Origin: an uncultured Nitrososphaerota archaeon | GTDB taxonomy: Archaea > Thermoproteota > Nitrososphaeria > Nitrososphaerales > CADDZS01 | Length of the DNA: 64,000 bases | NCBI GenBank assembly: GCA_963799845.1 | Contig: CAWCYI010000004.1 | Location: forward strand, 512,001 to 576,000 | Reading direction: 5' to 3' | In this document: in pieces, positions 21,275 to 31,277 of the stretch | How the letters are laid out: the number at the start of each line of letters is the position of its first letter | Numbering within the stretch: the stretch's first letter is position 1 | Program-made: the position numbers and the translations under genes | The notes under the pieces: model-generated | Databases searched by the model: none | Told to the model about the DNA's origin: nothing | What the model saw: only the letters and a program-made list of their open reading frames with translations

Positions 21275-21955
21275 GGGTGGTTCAGAAATCTACAAATTAA
21301 ATTGTTTTGGATCTGTAAAATCTTTTTGGACAATTAGTGCTCTACGGATTGGGCATGCTCACAGATCAAAAGCTCGTCTGGCGACGTATTACTGCAACAA
21401 CTCAGGCAAATTAGTCGCCTTTGGTCATTCTGAGGCGAAATTCGAGCATCTTGCGCCAATTTTGTGTCATTATTTGATTAGCTTCCCTTCATAGTAGGTC
21501 ACATCTTCTCTCACCAGTGTTTATTGTGGAATCGAGGAAGATTGCGCGTCATTCATTAAAGCTTGAAGAGAGGACTCACGCTTTGACCCCGGATAAGATG
21601 AATAGAACTGCGAGGGGAAGGGATGTGGATAACGTTGAGATACCCTACCCCCTTTCTGAGGAAGAAGCCACCCCGACAACACCTGAATCAGAAAAAAATC
21701 TGCTCGTGTAAGTGAACAAACGTGACCCAAACCATTCAATCAGTAGTCTCAATGACACTCCAATATCGTTCTTGCTTCAAATGCCAGAGGCACCCTATGT
21801 ACTTGGAAATTCCTCCAATGACATTACACAGAGATCAGGAATGCCTAATCTGCGAAGGCAGGGATTCGTATTGAGTTTTGTCATTCCCGGAACGTTCCCG
21901 GTATCATCTGAATAGTCCTATCTTCCAGCTGAAAGAATCCATTGATGTCCGCAGG

Positions 21956-22078
21956 CTAACCTACTTCTTCATTAGAATCGTCTTTTTTCGCTTTTCCTAC
22001 CTCTTGAGGAACGTCAGGCCTATCCTTCGTTTTTTCTTCGAATTTATCCTCAGCTTTTTCTTTCTCGTTCTTAGTCAT
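21956..22078 (-). CDS. Small highly charged protein (40 aa)
   Basis: MTKNEKEKAEDKFEEKTKDRPDVPQEVGKAKKDDSNEEVG; below the ORF track cut-off. Confidence 0.45.
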   Translation of the reverse strand: MTKNEKEKAEDKFEEKTKDRPDVPQEVGKAKKDDSNEEVG

Positions 22079-22236
22079 GCATTATTCCAATACTTATGAA
22101 TCCTACGAGATGTCTATATTGGCTCTGGTCATCCCTGATTGAAACTTGATCTGCTTGTTTCATTATCAGGCTCTAATTTGAACATCTTGTTTTCATATGA
22201 GCCAAGACCTCTTTTGAGATGGACGTTTGAAGCGAC

Positions 22237-22533
22237 ATGAACACCACTCAAAAAGTAAAAGACACAGTAACAGCGACAATCAAGAGTACTGAAGAGTTCA
22301 TTGAAAGCACGAAAGAATCCTTGCAAATGCAGCTCTCAAAAACAGTACCTAATATCCAGCATGATTTGGATAGTTCTCTCGAGGAAGCTGGGCGTGCCTT
22401 ATCTGATGCATTAAGCTCAATCGAGAATAAGACAAATAGTGAGCAGATGCATTTGCTCAACGCTTACAAATTGTTTCTCCAAAAGCAGATTGCTTTTGTT
22501 GATGACAGAGTAATGGCGATTAAGAAAATCTGA
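22237..22533 (+). CDS. Hypothetical helical protein
   Basis: Amphipathic helical composition. Confidence 0.65.
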   Translation: MNTTQKVKDTVTATIKSTEEFIESTKESLQMQLSKTVPNIQHDLDSSLEEAGRALSDALSSIENKTNSEQMHLLNAYKLFLQKQIAFVDDRVMAIKKI

Positions 22534-22904
22534 ATTGGATAGTCTTGCTGAATCCAGATAAGACGAGAAGGTCAGAAATTGGATCTTTTCTGGAGTTTGG
22601 TAGCGGTTCTAGTGATCCTGTGGCTTCTGGGACTACTCGTCGGATTTGGCGGATTCTTGATAAACGCACTCATAGTTATCGCTTTAATAATCGTTGTTTA
22701 CAGATTATTTGTAGGAAAGAATATACTTACAGGCAAGTAAACAAGATTCCGATTTGAGTTATCCTAGTTTGTTTATCTTTTGTTCGAGCAAAGAATCAAA
22801 CTCAAGGGCGGTCCAAGATGAATTCACGAATTTTATGCGAGCAATTTTACTCCAGTGTTAGTATTTTGAATCAGAGCGTACGGCTATAGCGCATCGTATC
22901 TATT

Positions 22905-23324
22905 CTAGTTTGGCGATTCCAGACATTCAGCGAGTTGTTCCACTGAAAATGGTTTCAGGAGGAAGGACAGTCCCGCCATTATTGCCTCATGTTTTACAAA
23001 ATTATTAGCCGTCGCGATGATTATCTTCACCTTGCTTCTGTATCTCTGGATGATTTTGGCTGCTTCGATTCCGCTCATCTCGGGAATTTGATAATCCATA
23101 ATGATAACATCAAAAGACTGGCGATCTCTCGTCAATGCTTTCACCATCGAAGTTCCATTATAGAACATGGAGGGCGCTGGATATCCCAATTTCTCAATAC
23201 CCCTAGAATAGACATCGGACAATTCCTCCTGGTCATCCACGATTGCAATTTTCAAATTACGATTTGCTTCTACTAACATTACATTTTTGGCAGCGTGAGG
23301 GGTGTATGAATTCAAATCGTTCAA
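22905..23324 (-). CDS. Stand-alone response regulator receiver (CheY-like)
   Basis: IAIVDDQ, DVIIMDYQIPEMSG, IIIATA, FLLKPF. Confidence 0.92.
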   Translation of the reverse strand: MNDLNSYTPHAAKNVMLVEANRNLKIAIVDDQEELSDVYSRGIEKLGYPAPSMFYNGTSMVKALTRDRQSFDVIIMDYQIPEMSGIEAAKIIQRYRSKVKIIIATANNFVKHEAIMAGLSFLLKPFSVEQLAECLESPN

Positions 23325-23630
23325 CTATCCTTTCATAAGTGAGAAAAAATTCAATTTTTACTATCCCATGTGACCGTTTTTCTATTATTAGAACAGATGA
23401 CTAAAGTGTGTCGTGAAATACGGAAGCAGGACTGAATTTATTGATACAATATTCCGCTCAATAAGATTAGGAGCGACAAAGACTCGAATGAAGTATGGAG
23501 CTTCTCTGTCTTTCGGGCAATTGAAGGATTAGAGTCCTCGAAGAAAAGGAATTGATAAAATTAAGATCCCACATACATCTTTCGCCAAAGAAGAACGGGA
23601 ATTTTAACTTTTACGAATCGTGAGGCTCAC

Positions 23631-24092
23631 TTAGATTCCAATGTGATTCGGAGGATTCTTCCTTCCGATAGTCTCAATCACTTCGGTCCAGATTACGTCT
23701 CGAACTCCTTTCATGGCCTTGACACGCTCTAGGAGATCTAGCAAGACGCCGTTATCCTTCACGAATACTTCAATGCGCAAATCGATCGTATGTTCCCCGA
23801 TTGTTCTCGCCGCATAGGTTACCTCCTCACGCTTCAAAAGCTCCTTCCCGACGTTCATCGTCTCGCCGCCTTCGGTGTAAATCAGAAGGTCAATCCGTCT
23901 ATACCCGAATTTCATAGGATCTAACGAATAATGTTTGATGAGATATTCTTCCTCCAATCTCTTCCTTCTTCTCTGGACTGTGCTTATCGGTACATTGAGC
24001 TTTTGAGATATTTCGTGTGTCGGTATACTCCCCTCAGAATCAAGAAGCAACCTCAACATCTTCCTATCCATGTCGGACAGTTGAGAATACAA
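23631..24092 (-). CDS. Lrp/AsnC family regulator
   Basis: LSDMDRKMLRLL...ISQKLNVPISTVQRRRKRLEE; TIGEHTIDL. Confidence 0.92.
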   Translation of the reverse strand: MYSQLSDMDRKMLRLLLDSEGSIPTHEISQKLNVPISTVQRRRKRLEEEYLIKHYSLDPMKFGYRRIDLLIYTEGGETMNVGKELLKREEVTYAARTIGEHTIDLRIEVFVKDNGVLLDLLERVKAMKGVRDVIWTEVIETIGRKNPPNHIGI

Positions 24093-24578
24093 TGGCAGCG
24101 TCAGTAGAATAATTGATGAACTCTCAGAAAAATAGCTTTCTACAACAGTTTACTATGATATGTGAATGTCAATCATGTAATAGTAATAGCAAGACTATTT
24201 CATGCTTCGGCTATGGTATATTATTCGCCTTGAAGTAACCCTTCTAGCGGTCATCATAGCACGCCATTTTCCAAGCGAAAGATCAAAATATTTCGCGCAC
24301 TGGCTTGAATTAATCATTCACCGATCTCGACAAGTCAGAGCCTGATTCCTGAAATAAAATAAAGAAATCTTATCCATCCGGTTTAGTAAATTCGTCTGCG
24401 AATTTCCGAGCTGTTCAAAATGTGCTTGGTGCTTTTGGCTCAAATCTCTCGTCAATGTTTTTTGTATCATTTTTGAATGCGTTATGAACGATCCGTTCAT
24501 TGATTAATCGATATTTGAACGACCTGCTTTCATAAGGGGGGATAAAGCCAATGCCGGCCCACATTTCTTTCACTGAGT

Positions 24579-24905
24579 TTGAAAAATATGAACGACAGAT
24601 GGAACAGTCACAAAGCGGCTCGCAAAGAAGCCGGTCTGAAGTTTCACTATTACTGGCGTCGTATGTACTGGATACGAAGTCACATGTCGTACTTTCTCGT
24701 TTGCGTTGCGACTCTGTCATTTGTTTTGATCGGGATTCCGAATAATCCGAGTAGCTTAATCTATGCAGTACCGCTCGTCGTTCCATTCATTGTAATTAGC
24801 ATCCAGTTCTACTACTCGTACATGATGCGTCTGCATTATAGGCGATGGGGCGGCAATGATGAAGCGGGAGGACTAAAGTCGTCAACTCCACCAAGAGGGT
24901 ACTAA
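24579..24905 (+). CDS. Hypothetical 2-TM membrane protein
   Basis: Two hydrophobic segments; start uncertain. Confidence 0.45.
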   Translation: MKNMNDRWNSHKAARKEAGLKFHYYWRRMYWIRSHMSYFLVCVATLSFVLIGIPNNPSSLIYAVPLVVPFIVISIQFYYSYMMRLHYRRWGGNDEAGGLKSSTPPRGY

Positions 24906-25204
24906 TCCGGTGATATGTACTGCAAGTGGTGTACTACTGCTCTCCGTGTGCGACGCCAGTGTCTATTAAGTGCATCACTGTATTTGAAAGTCAACAATGT
25001 TACTGATGTCGGTAAACGGAATCTGATGCTAATCGATCGCATCTATGATGGCTTGCGCATCTGTATTCTGTAACCGGGCCTTTTACCTCTGCCTAAGATA
25101 TTGCCCTAGTCTCAGCAAGATGGGCCAATCATGGAGTGAAGTAATTGTATATAGAATTCTGGGTTAAAACGAGTGCTTATTAACGACCGCTAGCAAATCC
25201 CGAA

Positions 25205-25948
25205 GTGGATCGTGCGGTAGTTCTGTCGTACAACAAAAGATTAGCTCTAATGTCTACGTGCGCTCTTTCAATCATGTTTCTGTCGCTTCTCTTTGTGACA
25301 CCTGTCAGCGCTTCTAGAACCTCGGCTTCAAGCTCTGCGACAGTGACCCTGACGGTGAATAAAACAACAGTGGGGACTTATCTGCGTGATTTAGCCACCA
25401 TCACAGGTGCACCCCAGCTGGTCACGTTGTCATACACATCCACAAATCCTGGGTTGACTATGACATTTGAAACAACAACGATTACTGACAGCTTGTCTGG
25501 TGTATTGGTCAAGACAGTCATCCACGAGAGTTCCACGCTAGCGACGGGGACATACTATCTGACTGTCACGGCAACCGGCGCTGATGGAGCAAAATCCTCT
25601 GTCACCATTACTGTGTCTGTGATAACAATGAGCCTGACGTTGAGTTCGAGTTCTGTAACAATTAGTCCCAGCAATCAAGGGGTCGATACGGCTGCGATCA
25701 CAGGTTCACCCCAAAGTGTCAGTTTAAGTCGGGGTACATGCAAAAAAGCGTGCGTTTGTGACGAAAGATGTATACTATACACATTCGCATCAAGCCCGAT
25801 TACTGACAGCCTAGCCGGCGTGACTGATGTCATGACTATCACGGTCGGTTCGTTGGCGTCAGCCGGGACATATCAAGAGACGGTTACAGCGACCGGTGTT
25901 GATGGACAAACGGCCTCTGTAGTTCTTAATGTGATTGTTACAGGTTAG
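25205..25948 (+). CDS. Secreted protein with two tandem Ig-like repeats
   Basis: Signal peptide; repeated ITG(A/S)PQxVxL...ITDSLxGV...GTY...VTATGxDG. Confidence 0.85.
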   Translation: MDRAVVLSYNKRLALMSTCALSIMFLSLLFVTPVSASRTSASSSATVTLTVNKTTVGTYLRDLATITGAPQLVTLSYTSTNPGLTMTFETTTITDSLSGVLVKTVIHESSTLATGTYYLTVTATGADGAKSSVTITVSVITMSLTLSSSSVTISPSNQGVDTAAITGSPQSVSLSRGTCKKACVCDERCILYTFASSPITDSLAGVTDVMTITVGSLASAGTYQETVTATGVDGQTASVVLNVIVTG

Positions 25949-26016
25949 CGTCTCCGCATCGTATCACTAGATGGGCGATGGCCACTCGCTCACTTAGCCC
26001 AATCTTCCAATGTTTT

Positions 26017-26805
26017 CTAAGGCCCTGAATTGTCCCAAGTAACGGTGAAGCTGGAACCACCGGAAGCTAACGCGGATGGCGTTGCTTTGATGGTAGGTGC
26101 AACTTTCATCGTTATTTCCCGGACCGCGCTTCCAAAGCTTCCAATGTTGCCAGAGATCGTAGTTGTGATTGCGGAAGCGCTAGCAAAGGAAGCAATGCCA
26201 AAGTTTGGCATTGGCTCGTCTGGCGGCGCCTCAACTATCCACTCGGCAGTCAAGCGAGCAGCTATGAATGCTTGAGTATGCGAAAACGACACACCCGTTG
26301 TCACATCTCTTATCGTGGTTGTGAACTCCTTCGTCGTTGCAGAATAAGTTACGCTAGCGGTGAAGACATTTCCGGGCGAAGCGGTGATGCTAGTGATTAG
26401 GACAGTACCTTCTGGATAAAATTCGTACCAGGCATAGTATGCAGGAGTAGTGCCGGACCCTGTACACTCCGCATCTGTTCCCGTTTGTTCCACAGTTTTG
26501 GAACCAAAACCGTCAATCCCAACCCAGAACGCCGCTTCTTCTAATGTTGTAACCGAAGGGCAATCAATCGCCGGTTGCGTCCACGAACCACTTACCGAAG
26601 TCACCGCCTTCCTCAACTCCTTGATCGCGTAGCCAGCCCAGGTTTTGCTAGTTACGCTCTTACCAATGATGGACGAGTTAGTTCCCGGCACCATAGGCGC
26701 AGCGCTTGACTGGCTCGCGAAAACTGAAACAGATAGAAAAGGCGAACCTGCAAATAGGATGAAGAGAACCAAAAGGCCTAGTATCGAAAATATTTTTCTT
26801 AGCAT
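26017..26805 (-). CDS. Glutamic peptidase family G1 (eqolisin/peptidase A4)
   Basis: WAGYA, FWVGIDG, VEQTGT (catalytic Q), AWYEFYP, AEWIVEAP (catalytic E); signal peptide. Confidence 0.93.
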   Translation of the reverse strand: MLRKIFSILGLLVLFILFAGSPFLSVSVFASQSSAAPMVPGTNSSIIGKSVTSKTWAGYAIKELRKAVTSVSGSWTQPAIDCPSVTTLEEAAFWVGIDGFGSKTVEQTGTDAECTGSGTTPAYYAWYEFYPEGTVLITSITASPGNVFTASVTYSATTKEFTTTIRDVTTGVSFSHTQAFIAARLTAEWIVEAPPDEPMPNFGIASFASASAITTTISGNIGSFGSAVREITMKVAPTIKATPSALASGGSSFTVTWDNSGP

Positions 26806-27004
26806 GATACTTGTTTCTGCGGGATGATACGCGTTTATTTATGCCTTGTACCGGTCGATTCTTTCGTTATATCGCGATGCGATATATTCAAGCCGATGTA
26901 CTGCAGAAATTAATGGGAAGAAGAGATCAGATCTGTCTCTCCCAATTGCCCACGGCAGCGTCGCGGAATGGTTTCGCATTGATGACAATTTTTCTCCTCA
27001 CTAT

Positions 27005-27613
27005 TCAGCCCGCGCCAGTAATGGTTTGCACTTGACTTGATTGGAATACTTTCGGTTGTTCGGGAATGGAGAAGAACGAAACCGCAAGTAGTATCTCCGC
27101 GACCAGGATCAAAAGGAATCCGATTCCGATTACTGCGGTCACGGATCCAATGAGATATAGCAAACCTGCTGTCTCAAACATCTTGACGTTCAATTTGGAT
27201 CCTATCGAGTTGTAGCTTCTTCGAACAAATATCGCCGAAGCAACCAAGAGCGCCTCCACAGCCAAAAGTCCCACGATGATCGTCGCAGCTAGTCCTATCC
27301 AATCTCCAGCTGTGATACTAGACGCCAGAACAAATTTCGAGCCGACAAACGATCCCATTCCCAGCACATGATAGACTGCCCCGATGACCGTGACGGTTCC
27401 CACGACTATCGCGCCGATAGCCAGGATAACTGCGGTTCGCATGTTGTTGTAGATCTTTTTTTCGTTGACTACTTGGGAAATGTCGTTGACTGCGATCAGT
27501 ATCATTATGAATCCGGCTATTCCAAGCACCCAACCGACGCTTGGTACAGCTGTTAAGAGAACCAAGATAGAGCCTATTCCGCCTATTACTTTTGCATCTG
27601 ATAAAGAAGCCAT
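27005..27613 (-). CDS. DUF996-like membrane protein
   Basis: AKVIGGIGSIL...MFETAGLLYLIGSVT...LLAVSFFSIP. Confidence 0.88.
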   Translation of the reverse strand: MASLSDAKVIGGIGSILVLLTAVPSVGWVLGIAGFIMILIAVNDISQVVNEKKIYNNMRTAVILAIGAIVVGTVTVIGAVYHVLGMGSFVGSKFVLASSITAGDWIGLAATIIVGLLAVEALLVASAIFVRRSYNSIGSKLNVKMFETAGLLYLIGSVTAVIGIGFLLILVAEILLAVSFFSIPEQPKVFQSSQVQTITGAG

Positions 27614-27651
27614 TTCTCATTCTTCACATTCTCTCTAGTGCCTTACTGTCG

Positions 27652-27700
27652 GATAAAAGACCCGCGTGTGGGCGATACGTATTGGCAGGACGTTTCTCTT
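27652..27700. promoter_or_regulatory. Promoter copy 2 with triple box
   Basis: gataaaaga-cc-CGCGTG-N7-TACGTA-N7-GACGTT-tctctt. Confidence 0.75.
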
Positions 27701-27885
27701 GAGTAGCAGATCACGATAAGAAAGGATTGCTGGTATTAAGTTAGAAATTTTCTTCGAAGATCTGAAATTTGCCTAGCAACATCCGAAGATAATCACAGTT
27801 CGCGGACGAAATATGAATTTCTCGGACTGTGCAGGCGACCGTCGGAAACTGTTAGGAAGAGCTTTGCGAAGAGCGTTGAAAGCCG

Positions 27886-28236
27886 TTAAGTGGTGACCGC
27901 ACTTTGCATCAATCGGCGATCATCTTCGGCGGCCTTCTGCTGCATCCAGCAATGGGGTTTATGCTCAAGCAACCCTCGTCCCTCTTTTCGATGATCTCTC
28001 ACGTCCATCGAAGTCACTATTATTGGCATTATCAAGGCGATCAACCCAGTTAAGGCGATCAAATAGTTAGATAACGAACCCACTATTTGCGCTATTCCGA
28101 AAATTAGTAGGAGAGTACCGATTATCCAAGAGTGAGAATATCTTCAGTGAAAAGAATGTGTCCTCGTTGAAATAATCCAAATAATTAGCGAGGAATAGTA
28201 GCCTACTGCTCCAATCACCCAAATCGAATAATTCAT
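27886..28236 (-). pseudogene. 3-TM membrane protein with in-frame TGA at codon 31
   Basis: MNYSIWVIGAVGYYSSLIIWIISTRTHSFH*RYSHSWIIGTLLLIFGIAQIVGSLSNYL...; ATG lies ~26 bp from promoter copy 3. Confidence 0.7.
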
Positions 28237-28261
28237 TTCGGAAGAATGAACCGGAGATCAA

Positions 28262-28310
28262 GATAAAAGATCCGCGTGCCAGAGAGACGTATTGACAGCA
28301 CGTTTCCCTT
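28262..28310. promoter_or_regulatory. Bidirectional promoter, copy 3, with triple box
   Basis: gataaaaga-tc-CGCGTG-N7-GACGTA-N7-CACGTT-tccctt. Confidence 0.75.
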
Positions 28311-28369
28311 AAGTGCAGATCAGGCAAATTATTTCCTGGATTAGACAACAGATCGGATGGTCTTGAGAT

Positions 28370-29056
28370 TTGGATTCAAATGAAGATCCTAAACGACGGC
28401 AAGAGATACAGTCCAGCCTGAAGTCAATTGTTGAAACTTCCGACAAATGGTTAGGGCGTCTCAAGAGGCGAGAATCACGGGCCAGGTTGGCAATTTCGTT
28501 CTTAACCATGGTCCTTGTATTTTTTGTTGCTGCAGCCTTTGTCCTGGGTTTTATCATAATCCGATATGGCTGGCCTTACCTCATCGCTCTTTTTCACAAT
28601 CCGAGTCAGGCTTACCCACTCGCGGGTTTCATATTTCTCGCGGGACTGATCAGCGGCGTTGGAACGTACTTTATACTAAAGAGGAAGCACGACCCGCAAT
28701 TGAGAGAGTTATCCTCACTAATAACCCAAATGAAAAAGATAGAGGAGGAGGAGACGAATGGTAAGAGTGCCGAAGGAATCACTGAAAGCGCTCTCTCCGT
28801 GGCAGATAAGATCCTGACGCTGCTTCCCGAACTAGTGAGGAAGAGAAATCAAGATTCTCTGCTTTTCGGAGCGGTCGCGATCGTAATCACTGCTACTCTC
28901 GGTGGAAATTTTGCAGTGGCCATCCTTGTCGGAATAATAGTGTGGCTATACTTCAGATACGAGACCCGGAAGACGTACGATCAGGAAATATCAAAGCTCG
29001 AAGAACAGAAGAGAGTCTTCGAGCAAAGAAAGAATGATTTCATAGAGACTCTGTGA
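28370..29056 (+). CDS. Membrane protein with coiled-coil segments, copy 2
   Basis: Paralogue of 17239..17949. Confidence 0.85.
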   Translation: MDSNEDPKRRQEIQSSLKSIVETSDKWLGRLKRRESRARLAISFLTMVLVFFVAAAFVLGFIIIRYGWPYLIALFHNPSQAYPLAGFIFLAGLISGVGTYFILKRKHDPQLRELSSLITQMKKIEEEETNGKSAEGITESALSVADKILTLLPELVRKRNQDSLLFGAVAIVITATLGGNFAVAILVGIIVWLYFRYETRKTYDQEISKLEEQKRVFEQRKNDFIETL

Positions 29057-29337
29057 TTTTGGGATTGGAAAAGCCGGATCTTTACGTGGTAGCTCGTTTT
29101 CTTGACATCATGTACAGGAACGGTTCAGGGATGAAAAAAACAAATATTCAGATGCTTTTGGGCATCAACTACCCGCGCTTTATGGAGTACCTCGAGTGGT
29201 TATTGAAGCACGATCTTGTCGGTGAGAGTCTAGACGAAGAAAAAGTGGAGAGAATAATGTTGACGCCTAAGGGGATTGATTCGTACCATAGGTTGGTAGA
29301 TTGGATAAAGGAAACGTTAGATGGAGTAAAGATATGA
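29053..29337 (+). CDS. Archaeal winged-helix regulator (HTH_45-like), copy 2
   Basis: Paralogue of 17959..18231; GTGA overlap, or TTG start at 29065. Confidence 0.88.
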   Translation: MILGLEKPDLYVVARFLDIMYRNGSGMKKTNIQMLLGINYPRFMEYLEWLLKHDLVGESLDEEKVERIMLTPKGIDSYHRLVDWIKETLDGVKI

Positions 29338-29427
29338 GACCAATCCACACCTCCGCGTACTCGTAAAGAATGGGAAGAAGCGCCTTCACTCAAAGAATTC
29401 GGCTTATGTCACGAAAGAAGGCAGATA

Positions 29428-30345
29428 GTGAATGCTTATAAAATTCAAACTGATCTTGATCTAACTATGATAATCGACGCACAGCATCACTATTACATTG
29501 AAGGTCCTCCTCCGGGCGATATCAATCGTCGCCTGAGCTGGATGGATGAGTACGGGATAGATGTCGCGATCCTCACCAACCCTATTCCATTTACATCCGT
29601 TGAAAAACTCTCCACCCTGCGGGAGTACAACGACAAAATTGCTGCAGTAGAAAGGGAATATCCAGACCGGTTTATCGCGTGCCCCTCAATTCCCATCTTT
29701 GATCACAAAGCGGCAATACACGAGTTGGAACGCGTCGTAGCCTCAAACGATTCGAAAGCTGTACTTGTTCAGCCATATAACTGGAGGATGGATTATGATT
29801 ATCTCTCGCCTGTTTTCGATAAGTTGTCAGATCTCGGGCTGCCCGTATTCATGCATCCCGTTTTCGACGATGTCCCAATCCAAAAGACATACGGGGACTA
29901 CGCCATGGCAGCCGCGATAGGATTCCCTTTCAACTCTACTGTAGCTATATCTCGGCTAATATTTTCGGGACTTCTCGATACGTACCCTCGATTGAAATTT
30001 GTCGTTACACATCTGGGCGGCGCGCTACCCTTCTTGCTAGGCCGAGTAGAAGCCGTTTACGATCCTGCGGAGTATAAGGCAGCTCGACCAGTGGCGGATT
30101 ATTTTGATTCCTTCTACTTCGATATAGTCTGCTACAGAAAGGAAGCGCTTGAATTTGCGCTGACGGTCTTCGGCCCAAAGAGGTTAGTATTTGGTACTGA
30201 TTTTGGATGCCCCGGGAAAAATTTCGTGCGTCCGCAGATGCTAAAGGATTTTGTCGGATCACTCGATATCAGCAGGGAAGAAAAGGAAGGAATCCTAGGA
30301 CGGAATTTGGCGGACCTTTTCAAAATCAAAGTACTCGCAAAATAG
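29428..30345 (+). CDS. Amidohydrolase_2 family (decarboxylase-like) protein
   Basis: IIDAQHH, VFMHP, THLGGALP, FGTDF. Confidence 0.9.
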   Translation: MNAYKIQTDLDLTMIIDAQHHYYIEGPPPGDINRRLSWMDEYGIDVAILTNPIPFTSVEKLSTLREYNDKIAAVEREYPDRFIACPSIPIFDHKAAIHELERVVASNDSKAVLVQPYNWRMDYDYLSPVFDKLSDLGLPVFMHPVFDDVPIQKTYGDYAMAAAIGFPFNSTVAISRLIFSGLLDTYPRLKFVVTHLGGALPFLLGRVEAVYDPAEYKAARPVADYFDSFYFDIVCYRKEALEFALTVFGPKRLVFGTDFGCPGKNFVRPQMLKDFVGSLDISREEKEGILGRNLADLFKIKVLAK

Positions 30346-30413
30346 ATCTCCACACTAAGATCTTGCGTAATGCTAAAACATATTACGAAATTCAATCCGT
30401 TGTTTGACACGAA

Positions 30414-30812
30414 ATGAAGCCGCTTCCAGAATCCGTCAAGAAGCTCATAGAGGCAAAGACATACGCGAATGTTGCCACGCTTATGCCGGACGGTTCCCCT
30501 CACGTCGTTCAGACATGGGTTGACCACGATGGAGACCTCGTGCTAATCAATACCTTCGAAGGGAGCCAGAAGTACAAGAACGCCGTAAGGAATCCGAAAA
30601 TTGCGCTGGATGTCTGTGACACCACCAATCCTTACAATGTGGCAGTGATCCGTGGGCGTGTCAAGGAAGTGACCTTCGATGGAGCAGATGAACAGATAGA
30701 CAGGATGGCGAAGAAGTACCTAGGGCAGGACAAATATCAAAGGCGCCAGCCTGGAGTTAGACGCGTCCTCATCAAGATCGAACCTACGCACGTGATCGCT
30801 CCATTTGCGTAG
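30414..30812 (+). CDS. PPOX-class F420-dependent oxidoreductase
   Basis: ATLMPDGSPHVVQTWVD...KYKNAVRNPKIAL...MAKKYLG. Confidence 0.92.
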   Translation: MKPLPESVKKLIEAKTYANVATLMPDGSPHVVQTWVDHDGDLVLINTFEGSQKYKNAVRNPKIALDVCDTTNPYNVAVIRGRVKEVTFDGADEQIDRMAKKYLGQDKYQRRQPGVRRVLIKIEPTHVIAPFA

Positions 30813-31277
30813 AAATCACGTCTGAAAGTCCGTAATTGCGAGCGCTATCGTATCCGTTTCTCCCGGCTAGACGAGGAGATCTGTTCTTGCTCTAAAGATA
30901 ATCCGATCGGGGTCATTATCATTCCATGAAATGAATCGATGAACCTTGGTTTCGATGCATCGGGTACAAACTGGCAATCCAGAACGATCGCGGTTACGAA
31001 AAATAGTGTGTGAATCCAAGTGATGGCCACACAAGCAAAAGATAGAAGCGCGGCTGAGATCTAGTGTTGAACTTTCTGCATTAACCAAGTAATTACAAAA
31101 CAAGCACTCCGCTAAGAAATATTTGAAATTGCGGTATTTTGAAACTGGATTCGTGGTACTGAGGCGAAAACCTGAGGAACAAAGTTCGAGAGTGCAAGAA
31201 GAATTTTCGAAAATCGAATGAATTCTTTAACATTGACTACTTGGGCGAATTTTCTGAAATCAAATCAGCTTTTGCTC

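Noticed and set aside
2379-28146. TGA recoding (Sec or alternative code) from several in-frame TGAs
   Set aside because: TGA ends many intact genes; the dehydratase TGA sits at an expected Arg and co-occurs with frameshifts; another pseudogene has an in-frame TAA.
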